A stretch of 12,907 nucleotides of DNA from Octopus sinensis (GCF_006345805.1 NW_021826544.1:1-12907), one strand, 5' to 3'. Positions 1 through 8,570 are shown, numbered from the stretch's first letter. A program made the numbers and translations. The notes: generated from the letters alone by a model not told the origin.

Positions 1-145
1 TTTTTCAAGTAGGTAATGTCAGTATTGTAGGTTAGCAACTCTGTATGAGGTGTTACTCACCAATCATATTGATATTACCTGCTTGAGAAATGGCAAAATA
101 AATTAAATATTCCTGCCAGGCGCTCTGTGTGATTTTAATTAATGA

Positions 146-221
146 TGTGTGTGTGTGTGTGTGCATATACGTGTGTGCATGTGCGTGTGTGTGTGTGCGC
201 GCGCGTGTGTGTGTGTGTGTG
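146..221. repeat. (TG)n microsatellite with short (CG)n interruptions
   Basis: Nearly uninterrupted alternating purine-pyrimidine tract read directly from the sequence. Confidence 0.95.
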
Positions 222-227
222 AGTAGA

Positions 228-643
228 TACTCTTTACTCTTTTACTCTTTTACTTGTTTCAGTCATTTGACTGCGGCCATGCTGGAGCACCGCCTTTAGT
301 CGAGCAAATCAACCCCGGGACTTATTCTTTTCTAAGCCCCAGTTACTTATTCTATCGGTCTCTCTTTTGCCGAATTGCTAAGGACAGGGACATAAACACA
401 CCAGCATCCGGTGTCAAGCAATGCTAGGGGGACAAACACTACACAAACACACACACATATATTATATAATATACATATAGACACAGGCTTCTTTCAGTTT
501 CCGTCTACAAATCCACTCACAAGGCATTGGTCGGGCCAGGGGCTATAGCAGAAGACACTTGCCCAACATGCCACGCAGTGGGACTGAACCCAGAACCATG
601 TGGTTGGTTAGCAAGCTACTTACCACACAGCCACTCCTGCGCC
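228..643 (-). mobile_element. tRNA-derived SINE, family A, full length
   Basis: Reverse complement of the + copy at 9267-9676. It has the head GGCGCAGGAGTGGCTGTGTGGTAAG with A-box-like TGGCTGTGTGG and B-box-like GGTTCAGTCC, an internal (TA)/(TG) tract, a ~200-bp 3' body and an (AGTAAAAG)n tail. Seven other full or partial copies lie in the window. Confidence 0.9.
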
Positions 644-796
644 TACTTAATTTTGTATGGTGAACCCTCTTCTTTTAAATACCAAAACTTCTGAAACAAC
701 CTAGACCATACCTTAATAGGAGCAGATAAAGTAAACTTTGGTTGACCAAGAGAGCAAGGATCCTGAATAACTTGCTTGACCCTGGGACCTTCTTAA

Positions 797-1419
797 CCCT
801 TTAGTGTTCAGGGAGGGAAGGAAGCAGTCCGTCGGTTACGACAACGAGGGTTCCGGTTGATCCGAATCAACGGAACAGCCTGCTCGTGAAATTAATGTAT
901 AAGTGGGGAGCACTCCACAGACACGTGTATCCTTAAGTAGTTATCAGGGATATTCAGCGTGACACAGAGAGTGACAAGGCCGGCCCTTGAAATACAGGTA
1001 CAACAGAAACAGGAAGTAAGAGTGAGAGAAGGTTGTGGTGAAAGAGTACAGCAGGGATCACCACCATCCCCTGCCAGAGCCTCGTGGAGCTTTTAGGTGT
1101 TTTCGCTCAATAAACACTCACAACGCCCGGTCTGGGAATCGAAACCGCGATCCTATGACCGCGAGTCCGCTGCCCTAACCACTGGGCCATTGCGCCTCCA
1201 CCTTTAGTGTTCAGATTACTCTGTTAAAGGTAATACTTTTCCACTCAAATTGTTTTGAATTAATCAAGCATTATCTCATAGCTTTGAGGTTTCAATGATG
1301 TGATTGTTTATATTTAGAATGACATTGTCGGGTAGGTGTGAGAGGCTAGATATTGCCAGTTTGAATATAAAACAAGTAGAATATCTCGGCCAGATATGGC
1401 CAGTTTAAACACTAAAGGG
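797..1419. mobile_element. piggyBac-like MITE (~220 bp once the nested SINE is removed)
   Basis: TTAA at 793-796 and 1420-1423 flanks TIRs CCCTTTAGTGTTCA (797-810) and TAAACACTAAAGGG (1406-1419), a 13/14 match. TTAA target duplication with CCC...GGG ends is the piggyBac signature. Confidence 0.85.
812..1200 (-). mobile_element. tRNA-derived SINE, family B, full length with TSD
   Basis: Near-identical reverse complement of 2817-3205, with a 14-bp target-site duplication CCTTTAGTGTTCAG at 798-811 and 1201-1214. Confidence 0.92.
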
Positions 1420-1740
1420 TTAAACTCCAAAAGTGAAGTATTTGGACAATGTCTCAGAGGAAATTCATGTTGAAAACATGGATGAAATGTGTGTTGGAAA
1501 CATAGAATTCCTTACTTCTCAACTAGTGAATGGTAATCGTCCTTGTACTGACCCTTTTCAGATGCAAAAGGGGCTGATCGAGGGGAGATAACTCCATCTT
1601 TCCCAGAAGAATAGTGATTCGGTAGAATTTTGTTTTGGGGTTACTTGTTTACAACCCTTGCCGACCAAGACTATATTCCTATCATAGAGAGATTAAATGC
1701 CTTTGGTCAATGAGTTTGATAAGTTATCTATACTGTTAAG

Positions 1741-2198
1741 AATATTACTGGTGGTGTGAAACCAATGGTCACTAACTGACCAGCCATAAATGACCAACCA
1801 TAACTAACAACCTAACTGCCACCACCACCACTACGACAACAACCATCATCGTCATCACCACTACCACAATCACCACCACCACCATCATCATCACCACCAT
1901 AACCATCGTCATCATGGCCGTTACCATTGTCATTGCCGTTGTCATCGCCATCATCATTATCATCATTATCATCATTGTCATCATCATCATCACGATCATC
2001 ACCATCACCATCATTACCACTATCACTACCATCACTGCAACCACCACAACCACAACTAGCACCATCATCATCACCACCACCATCATCATCACCACCACCA
2101 TCATCATCACCATCATCATCATCATCATCACCATCACCACCATCATCATCACCGGCATCATCATCACCATCATCATCATCATCACCACCACCATCACA

Positions 2199-2232
<34 letters not shown>

Positions 2233-2286
2233 TCACCATAATCATCATCATCATCATCATCATCACCACCATCACCACCATCACCA

Positions 2287-2317
<31 letters not shown>

Positions 2318-2414
2318 CAGCATCACCATCACCACCACCACCACCACCACCATCATCATCACCATCATCACCACCACCACCACCACCACCATCATCACCA
2401 TCACCATCATCACC

Positions 2415-2463
<49 letters not shown>

Positions 2464-2493
2464 ACAGCTTCACCATCGCCATCACCATCATCA
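1741..2493 (+). repeat. Compound (CAT)n/(CAC)n tract of ~700 bp with a short unique leader, flanked by a 13-bp direct repeat
   Basis: The trinucleotide tract runs ~1810-2493. CTATACTGTTAAG occurs at 1728-1740 and 2494-2506. Confidence 0.9.
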
Positions 2494-2816
2494 CTATACT
2501 GTTAAGGTGTCACCACTGAATGAAAAAAAAAAGACTAAACAAAAAATAAAACAAAACAATCTTCTGTGGTCAAGGAAGTTGACAACAAATTGATCCTGGA
2601 ATTAATCAGTTAATCCCTTAATCTAGCATTCTAGATACATTATACTTCAGTTTGTTCTAACATCATACAACACAGTTGCTATGTATACAACATGTTCAGG
2701 CTGAATTCAACAGTTGGCTTAAAACATAAAGAAAACACCATATTCTCTTATTCTTTTATTCTTTTATTCTTTAAGAGATGAGGAATTATGTACATTATTT
2801 ACATTATTTACATTTG

Positions 2817-3205
2817 GTGGAGGCGCAATGGCCCAGTGGTTAGGGCAACGGACTCGCGGTCATAGGATCGCGGTTTCGATTCCCAGACCGGGCGTTGTGA
2901 GTGTTTATTGAGCGAAAACACCTAAAAGCTCCACGAGGCTCCGGCAGGGGATGGTGGTGATCCCTGCTGTACTCTTTCACCACAACTTTCTCTCACTCTT
3001 ACTTCCTGTTTCCTGTTGTACCCGTATTTCAAAGGGGCCGGCCTTGTCACTCTCTGTGTCACGCTGAATATCCCCGAGAACTACGTTAAGGATACACGTG
3101 TCTGTGGAGTGCTCAGCCACTTCCACGTTAATTTCATGAGCAGGCTGTTCCGTTGATTCGGATCAACCGGAACCCTCATCGTCGTAACCGACGGAGTGCT
3201 TCCAA
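2817..3205 (+). mobile_element. tRNA-derived SINE, family B, full length with TSD
   Basis: A box TGGCCCAGTGG (2829-2839), B-box-like GTTTCGATTCCC (2873-2884), a 3' stem-loop TTGAT-TCGG-ATCAA and a 12-bp TSD TATTTACATTTG at 2805-2816 and 3206-3217. Octopus tRNA-SINE families named OK/OR1/OR2 exist, but I cannot assign this copy to one of them. Confidence 0.92.
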
Positions 3206-3248
3206 TATTTACATTTGACGGATATTTGTCCTCATCTTGTTTGTTGTT

Positions 3249-3294
3249 AACACAACATTTCGGATGATATACTCTCCAGCCTTCATCAGGTGTC
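3249..3294 (-). ncRNA. Minimal type I hammerhead ribozyme motif (decayed copy)
   Basis: The minus strand reads GACAC-CTGATGA-A-GGCTG-gagagtatat-CATCC-GAA-ATGT-T-GTGTT. Helix I is GACAC/GTGTT and the CUGAUGA and GAAA core is intact. Stem II has one mismatch, and helix III reads ATGT where palindromic ACGT is expected. Confidence 0.7.
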
Positions 3295-3369
3295 TTGGGG
3301 AAATTTCGAACCTGGGTCCTCATTCCTAAGGTATTTTTCAATGTTATTATTATTATTATTATTATTATT

Positions 3370-3890
3370 GAGTGAGAGAGCAGTTCATGCCATCAAAGTG
3401 ACCCTGGGGTAAAATATACGAAGCCCAGTATACCCATCATGACTAATTGTCTGATAAGGGTACACTAGGCACATGCATCACAACCATATGTGCGCGATAT
3501 GGTGATCTCATATCAAGATAAACAGCACATGACCTTGCAGGTGGGGCCCAGTTAGAATTTTCTGGTCGAGTAACCCATCCCACTCGAAAGGTCCCTGAAT
3601 AAGGATTGTTTAAGGACGTTGAACGAAACACCCATGTTTCCAGAGGTGGATTATTCAACCCCAAAGAATCCCTCTCAGCATGGCTATGATGCTCCCCCAC
3701 TACTTCTGCTTCGTGATCAGAGATGCACATATCCTCAGCCACTAAGGGACATGCTCAACTGGTGTAAGGTCAAACAACTGACAAGCAAATCTGTGGTATT
3801 GAGCAGAATATTTGCTGTAGCCCATCTTTTATACCAAGACAAAACAATGTACCTGAAATCAAACATTTCCATCAGTTAAGATAGAAGCCA
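3370..3890 (-). mobile_element. Probable retroposon (SINE or LINE 3' fragment) inserted in the (ATT)n linker of family C
   Basis: A 520-bp mixed-sequence block with (ATT)n-type repeats on both sides splits the family C arm. On the minus strand it ends ...CTGCTCTCTCACTC(AAT)n, like a retroposon tail. It is single-copy in this window, so family status is inferred. Confidence 0.55.
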
Positions 3891-3896
3891 TTATTT

Positions 3897-3928
<32 letters not shown>

Positions 3929-4016
3929 TTATTATTATTATTATATTGTTCAGGTCACTGCTGGAATCGAACTCGGAATTTGGGGTTAGTAGCCCGCGCT
4001 TTAACCACTAAGCCCA

Positions 4017-4233
4017 CGGGCATATGGCGTAGTCATTAAGAGTGCGGGTTACTAACCCCAAGATTCCAAGTTTGATTCCAAGCAGTGACCTGAACAATAA
4101 TGATGATGATGATGATGAGGATGAGGAGGAGGAGGAGGAGGAGGAGGGGGACGATGACGATGACAACATCGTTAAATACCTTAGGAATGAGAACCCAGGT
4201 TTGAAATTTCCCCAAGACACCTGATGAAGGCTG
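4017..4233 (+). mobile_element. Family C right arm, truncated inside the hammerhead
   Basis: tRNA-like head GGGCATATGGCGTAGT..., compound (GAT)(GAG)(GAC) linker at ~4098-4165, then body ending GACAC-CTGATGA-A-GGCTG (4216-4233), after which similarity to the left arm stops. Confidence 0.8.
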
Positions 4234-4270
4234 TCTTACATGTACGTGTGTGTGTGTGTGGGTGTGGTGT

Positions 4271-4589
4271 CTTTATTGAGAAAATTCTATAGTTTGTAAG
4301 ATATTTTTTGTTGTTTTTTTCTTCAATTTCTGCAATTTCAACCAATCAATGACGTCTATTGAGGTAAAAACAACATTCTGTGCCGTATGAATATGTCCCT
4401 CGTTTAAGAAACAGATTGGGTTTATTTACATTTCTGATGAAAAAAAAGATACCCTTCCCCCCACCCATAACCCTAACCCTAACCCTAAAACAGATTGAAA
4501 TGCAATAGATCGATACTAGGGTCATAATTATGGGTGACAATTTCATACGACACTGCTAGAAAAAACTGCCGTTCAAACCGAAAAGATCC
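4271..4589 (-). mobile_element. MITE family E, truncated copy with (CCCTAA)3
   Basis: Reverse complement of ~4838-5152. It retains one TIR (CTGCCGTTCAAACCGAAAAGATCC ending at 4589) and has CCCTAA x3 at 4471-4488. Confidence 0.85.
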
Positions 4590-5390
4590 AAATTCTATAA
4601 TTTGTAAGATATTTGTTGCTTTCTTTTTCTTCAATTTCTGCAATTTCAACCAATCAATGACCGTATATTGAGGTGAAAACATTCTGTGCCGTATGAATAT
4701 GTCCCTCGTTTAAGAAACAGATTGGGTTTATTTACATTTCTGAAGAAAAAAGATACCCTTCCACCCACCCCTAACCCTAACCCTAACCCTAACTAACCAT
4801 AAATAACCCTAAATAACGCTAACCCTAAAACAGTTTGGGATCTTTTTGGTTTGGACGGCATTTTTTCCAGCAGTATCATATGATATTATCAACCATAATT
4901 ATGACCCTAGTATCGATCTATTGCATTTCAATCTGTTTTAGGGTTAGGGTTAGGGTTATGGGTGGGGGGAAGGATATCTTTTTTTTCATCAGAAATGTAA
5001 ATAAACCCAATCTGTTTCTTAAACGAGGGACATATTCATACGGCACGTAATGTTTTTTTACCTCAATAGACGTAATTGATTGGTTGAAATTGCAGAAATT
5101 GAAGAAAAAAGCAACAAATATCTTACAAACTATAGAATTTTCTCAATAAAGCCAAGAGAAAAAGATGTTTTAAAAACACATTCTACCAGTATACGAAGTT
5201 TAGAATTTTTTAGTTACCTAGAAATTATTTTAAAAGCTGCCGTTCAAACCGAAAAGATCCGAAAAAAGATACCCTTCCCCTAACCCTAAAACAGATTGAA
5301 ATGCAATAGATCGATACTAGGGTCGTAATTATGGATGACAATTTCATATGACACCGCTAGAAAAAACTGCCATTCAAACGGAAAAGATCC
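4590..5390 (-). mobile_element. MITE family E copy split into 4590-4833 and 5261-5390 by a nested copy
   Basis: Both segments are colinear with 4271-4589 and overlap in the GAAAAAAGATACCCTTCC...CCCTAAAACAG segment. The TIR ends at 5390. Confidence 0.7.
4838..5260 (+). mobile_element. MITE family E, complete 423-bp copy
   Basis: The left TIR GGATCTTTTTGGTTTGGACGGCA matches the reverse complement of the right end, GGATCTTTTCGGTTTGAACGGCA, at 21/23. It has internal (TTAGGG)3 at ~4938-4955 and no coding capacity. No short TSD is seen and the superfamily is not assigned. Confidence 0.85.
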
Positions 5391-5465
5391 CTGTGTTCAT
5401 CTATATGCCAGAAAATAGAGTATGAGTATCCATGTTAAGAAACTTCACTAGAATTTATTCAATTA

Positions 5466-5668
5466 GGCGCAGGAGTGGCTGTGTGGTAAGTAGCTTGCTT
5501 ACCAACCACACGGTTCTGGGTTCAGTCCAACTGCGTGGCACCTTGGGCAAGTGTCTTCTGCTATAGCCTCGGGCCGACCAAAGCCTTGTGAGTGGATTTG
5601 GTAGACGGAAACTGAAAGAAGCCTGTCGTATATATCTATATATATTTATATATATATATATAGATATA
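5466..5668 (+). mobile_element. SINE family A, 5' half plus (TA)n
   Basis: The head and 5' body match 9267-9427, and the TA tract is interrupted by the foldback element at 5669. Confidence 0.9.
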
Positions 5669-5777
5669 GAAATTCGGGGTGAGTACTTGATTAATTATAA
5701 GCACCTGTGTATACCGTTAGGTGGTTGTAGGTGGTGGAGTAAATTGATCAAAATAAAAACATGATGCCAAGGATTCA

Positions 5778-5855
5778 GCGGTACATATGTTTGGGCCTTA
5801 ATAGACAGATTTATAACAATGCATAATGTTGTCTGTGGCCTTTCTCAGCCCCCGC
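5778..5855 (-). ncRNA. Type I hammerhead motif, degenerate mirror copy
   Basis: The minus strand reads GCGCGGGGG-CTGAGAAA-GGCC...GGCC-CAAAC-ATAT-GT-A-CCGC. Both core segments are damaged relative to 6131-6207. Confidence 0.5.
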
Positions 5856-6130
5856 GCACAACAGCTTCCACAAGGACATGTGTTACATCAAAAATTCATG
5901 GTTGGGGATGCAAATCCTCTCATTCGCGTACGACATAATGCGGCAAACGCATAAAATTGAAGCGTCCATCTCTTTCTTCTCTCAATGTAGAATCATTCTA
6001 CATTGAGAGAAGAAAGAGATGGACGCTTCATTTTTATGCTGTTGCCGCATTATGTCGTACGTGAATGAGAGGATTTGCATCCCCAACCAAGAATTTTTGA
6101 TGTAACATGTCCTTGTGGAAGCTGTTGTGC

Positions 6131-6207
6131 GCGGCTGAAGAAGCCACAGACATACATTATGCATTGTTATAAATCTGTCTAATAAAGGCCCGAAACATAT
6201 GTACCGC
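6131..6207 (+). ncRNA. Type I hammerhead ribozyme motif, catalytic core intact
   Basis: GCGG (6131-6134), CTGAAGA (6135-6141), A, GCC...GGC-CC, GAA (6192-6194), AC-ATAT-GT, A (6203), CCGC (6204-6207). Helix I is GCGG/CCGC, helix III is the palindrome ACATATGT, and the triplet is GUA. Stem II extends via ACAGA/TCTGT but its base is imperfect. Confidence 0.75.
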
Positions 6208-6257
6208 TGAATCCTTGGCATCATGTTTTTATTTTGATATATATACATATATATATA

Positions 6258-7066
6258 GGTGAAGGAGTGGCTGTGTGGTAAGTAGCTTGTCTGTGTTTGT
6301 CCCCTTAGCATTGCTTGACAACCGATGCTGGTGTGTTTACGTCCCCGTCACATAGCGGTTCGGCAAAAAGAGACCGATAGAATAAGTGCTGGGCTTACAA
6401 AAGAATAAGTCCTGGGGTCGATTTGCTCGACTAAAGGCGGTGCTCCAGCATGGCTGCAATCAAACGACTGAAACAAGTAAAAGAGACCGATAGAATAAGT
6501 ACTAGGCTTACAAAAGAATAATTCCCGGGGTCGATTTGCTCGACTAAAAGGCGGTGCTCCAGTATGGCCGCAGTCAAATGACTGAAACAAGTAAAAGAGA
6601 CCGATAGAATAAGTACTGGGCTTACAAAGAATAAGTCCCGGGGTCGATTTGCTCGACTAAAGGCGGTGCTCCAGCATGGCTGCAGTCAAACGACTGAAAC
6701 AAGTAAAAGAGACCGATAGAATAAGTACTGGGCTTACAAAGAATAAGTCCCGGGGTCGATTTGCTCGACTAAAGGCGGTGCTCCAGCATGGCTTGCGTCA
6801 AACGGACTGAAAAAGTAAAAAGAGACCGATAGACTAAGTATGGGCTTACAAAGAATAAGTCCCGGGGTCGATTTGCTCGACTAAAGGCGGTGCTCCAGCA
6901 TGGCTGCAGTCAAACGACTGAAACAAGTAAAAGAGACCGATAGAATAAGTACTGGGCTTACAAAGAATAAGTCCTGGAGTCGATTTGCTTGACTAAAGGC
7001 GGTGCTCCAGCATGGCCGCAGTCAAATGACTGAAACAAGTAAAAGAGAGAGTAAAGAGTAAAAGAG
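6258..7066 (+). mobile_element. SINE family A derivative with its 3' ~112-bp segment in six tandem copies
   Basis: A head fragment (6258-6288) is fused to the 3' body. Units begin GAGACCGATAG at 6370, 6483, 6597, 6709, 6822 and 6933 (periods 111-114), followed by the normal tail. Confidence 0.92.
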
Positions 7067-7379
7067 AATTAAGAAAGAATTAAGATTTTATCTTGAAAAG
7101 CTCATGTGCCCACACTTTTCCCTGTCCCAAGTTAAACGAAAAAATATGTGCATTGTGCACGCACCCAAGTACATGCCTAAGAGGAAACTCTGCTGATAAA
7201 AGTAGTAATTACAAACATATTTATCTGGGTGATTATGCTAATTTTAATTAATCAAGTCCAAAGGTGGTTCTTAATAATTTAAGCCAGATGATGTAATTTT
7301 TAACAAGACGCAAAACTTATATAAATTGAAGTAAGGTGTCTATCATATTGCAGCCCTGAGGAAGGGTATTTGTAGCATG

Positions 7380-7547
7380 TATATATATATATATATATAT
7401 ATTTGATGTGGTATATGTGTGTGTGTGTGTATATATATATATATGTATATATACACACACACACATGCACATATATATATACATATACAAATATATATCG
7501 CTATATATAACATATATACTCGCACATACACAGATATATATATTATA

Positions 7548-7585
<38 letters not shown>

Positions 7586-7672
7586 ATATAATATATATAT
7601 ATATACACACATATATATATACACATAATATATATATTATACATATTATATATAGATATAGATATATATATA

Positions 7673-7709
<37 letters not shown>

Positions 7710-7742
7710 ATATATATAATATTTATATATATATATTATATA
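7380..7742. repeat. Long compound (TA)n microsatellite with (TG)/(CA) patches
   Basis: Read directly from the sequence. Confidence 0.95.
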
Positions 7743-8212
7743 GGCGCAAGCGTGGCACTATGGTAAGTAGCTTGCTACCAAACCACAGTCCTTGGGCAAG
7801 TGTCTTATGCTATAGCCTTGGGCTGACCAAAGCCTTGTGAGTGAATTTGGTAGATGGAAACTGAAAGAAGCCTGTCGTGTACATATATATATATATATAT
7901 ATATATTTGTGTGTTTGTGTCTGTGTTTCCCCCCCCCCCATCACATGTGTTTACATTCTTGTAACTTAGCAGTTTGGCAAAAGAGACCAATAGAATAAGT
8001 ACTAGGCTTACAAAGAATAAGTCGCTCTGAGTCGATTTGCTCGACTACATGCGCTGCTGCTCCAGCATGGCGCAGTCAAATGACTGAAACAAGTAAAAGA
8101 GACCGATAGAATAGTACTAGGCTTACAAAGAATAAGTCCTGGAGTCGATTTGCTCGACTACATGCGCTGCTCCAGCATGGCCGCAGTCAAATGACTGAAA
8201 CAAGTAAATGAG
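7743..8212 (+). mobile_element. SINE family A, B-box region deleted, 3' segment duplicated
   Basis: The head at 7743 lacks the GGTTCCGGGTTCAGTCCC segment. The 3' units start at 7983 and 8099. Confidence 0.88.
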
Positions 8213-8418
8213 TATACTTCCTCCGTCTGGCTGCTTTTCTTTCCACAAAACGAGAAGTTACATTGTAATTTTAATGAATTGTATATATACATATATATAT
8301 ATATATATTTATATGTATATATATAAGTTCAGCAAAATTTAGATTCAGATGAATATGGAACTTAAGTTAAAGGGACCCAAATTTGGTATGGTATTATCCA
8401 TATAAATCAAATTGGTTG

Positions 8419-8570
8419 ATTATAATCAAAATAAGCAACAAGTATATCCAAGGTAGAGTGGTACAATTGTTTCATGCTACTACTCATGTCATGTGTTTAA
8501 TAAAATGAGTACCATGAAACAATTGTACTACTCTACCTTGGATATACTTGTTGCTTATTTTGATTATAAT
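8419..8570. repeat. Near-perfect inverted repeat (arms 8419-8487 and 8505-8570, 17-nt loop)
   Basis: ATTATAATCAAAATAAGCAACAAGTATATCCAAGGTAGAGT... is mirrored at 8505-8570, differing by about two substitutions and one 3-nt indel. Confidence 0.92.

Larger units (their letters stand above)
3206..4016 (-). mobile_element. tRNA-headed SINE-like element, family C, left arm (interrupted)
   Basis: The head at 3950-4015 (B box GTTCGATTCC = reverse complement of 3963-3972), the (AAT)n linker and the body at 3206-3345 mirror the + copy at 4017-4233. It is split by an insertion at 3370-3890, and its distal end probably continues at ~2772-2816 beyond the family B SINE. Confidence 0.8.
5669..6238. mobile_element. 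Foldback element, probably Penelope-like (inverted arms 5747-5993 and 5995-6238)
   Basis: The ~245-bp arms are roughly 90% complementary by eye, with the axis at 5994 (TAGAAT-C-ATTCTA). Each arm has a hammerhead motif, ~78 bp of extra sequence lies outside the left arm, and (TA)n flanks both sides. Confidence 0.75.

Noticed and set aside
146-221. Z-DNA-forming regulatory element
   Set aside because: The tract could adopt Z-form, but such tracts are abundant in this sequence and nothing links this one to a promoter.
1424-1591. 55-codon open frame and an acceptor-like ACTGACCCTTTTCAG
   Set aside because: I recognise no motif, the frame does not continue across the MITE site, and there is no good donor.
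1772-2519. Long ORFs (poly-M/V, poly-I/T, poly-S/P)
   Set aside because: They are translations of the CAT/CAC tract, which lacks stops in most frames, with no domain or splice context.
2819-2895. tRNA genes (also 4018-4092 and the family A heads)
   Set aside because: A/B boxes are present but there is no closed cloverleaf, and each continues into a SINE body.
4042-4224. Acidic D/E-rich 60-aa ORF
   Set aside because: It lies wholly within a SINE-like element and reads through its GAT/GAG linker.
4471-4969. True telomere or chromosome fusion site
   Set aside because: There are only 3-4 hexamers at a fixed internal position in each MITE copy, and their opposing orientation is explained by MITE orientation.
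6370-7046. CRISPR-like periodicity (also 11129-11870)
   Set aside because: Whole units are repeated with no unique spacers, the context is eukaryotic and there are no cas genes.
7356-7380. CTGAGGA-A-GGG as a hammerhead 5' half
   Set aside because: It may be a truncated HHR, but it runs into (TA)n with no stem II partner or GAAA, so it cannot be supported here.
7317-7719. YI/CV-rich ORFs (similar ones at 11211-11593 and 11988-12363)
   Set aside because: They are translations of (TA)n, (CA)n and (CATA)n microsatellites.
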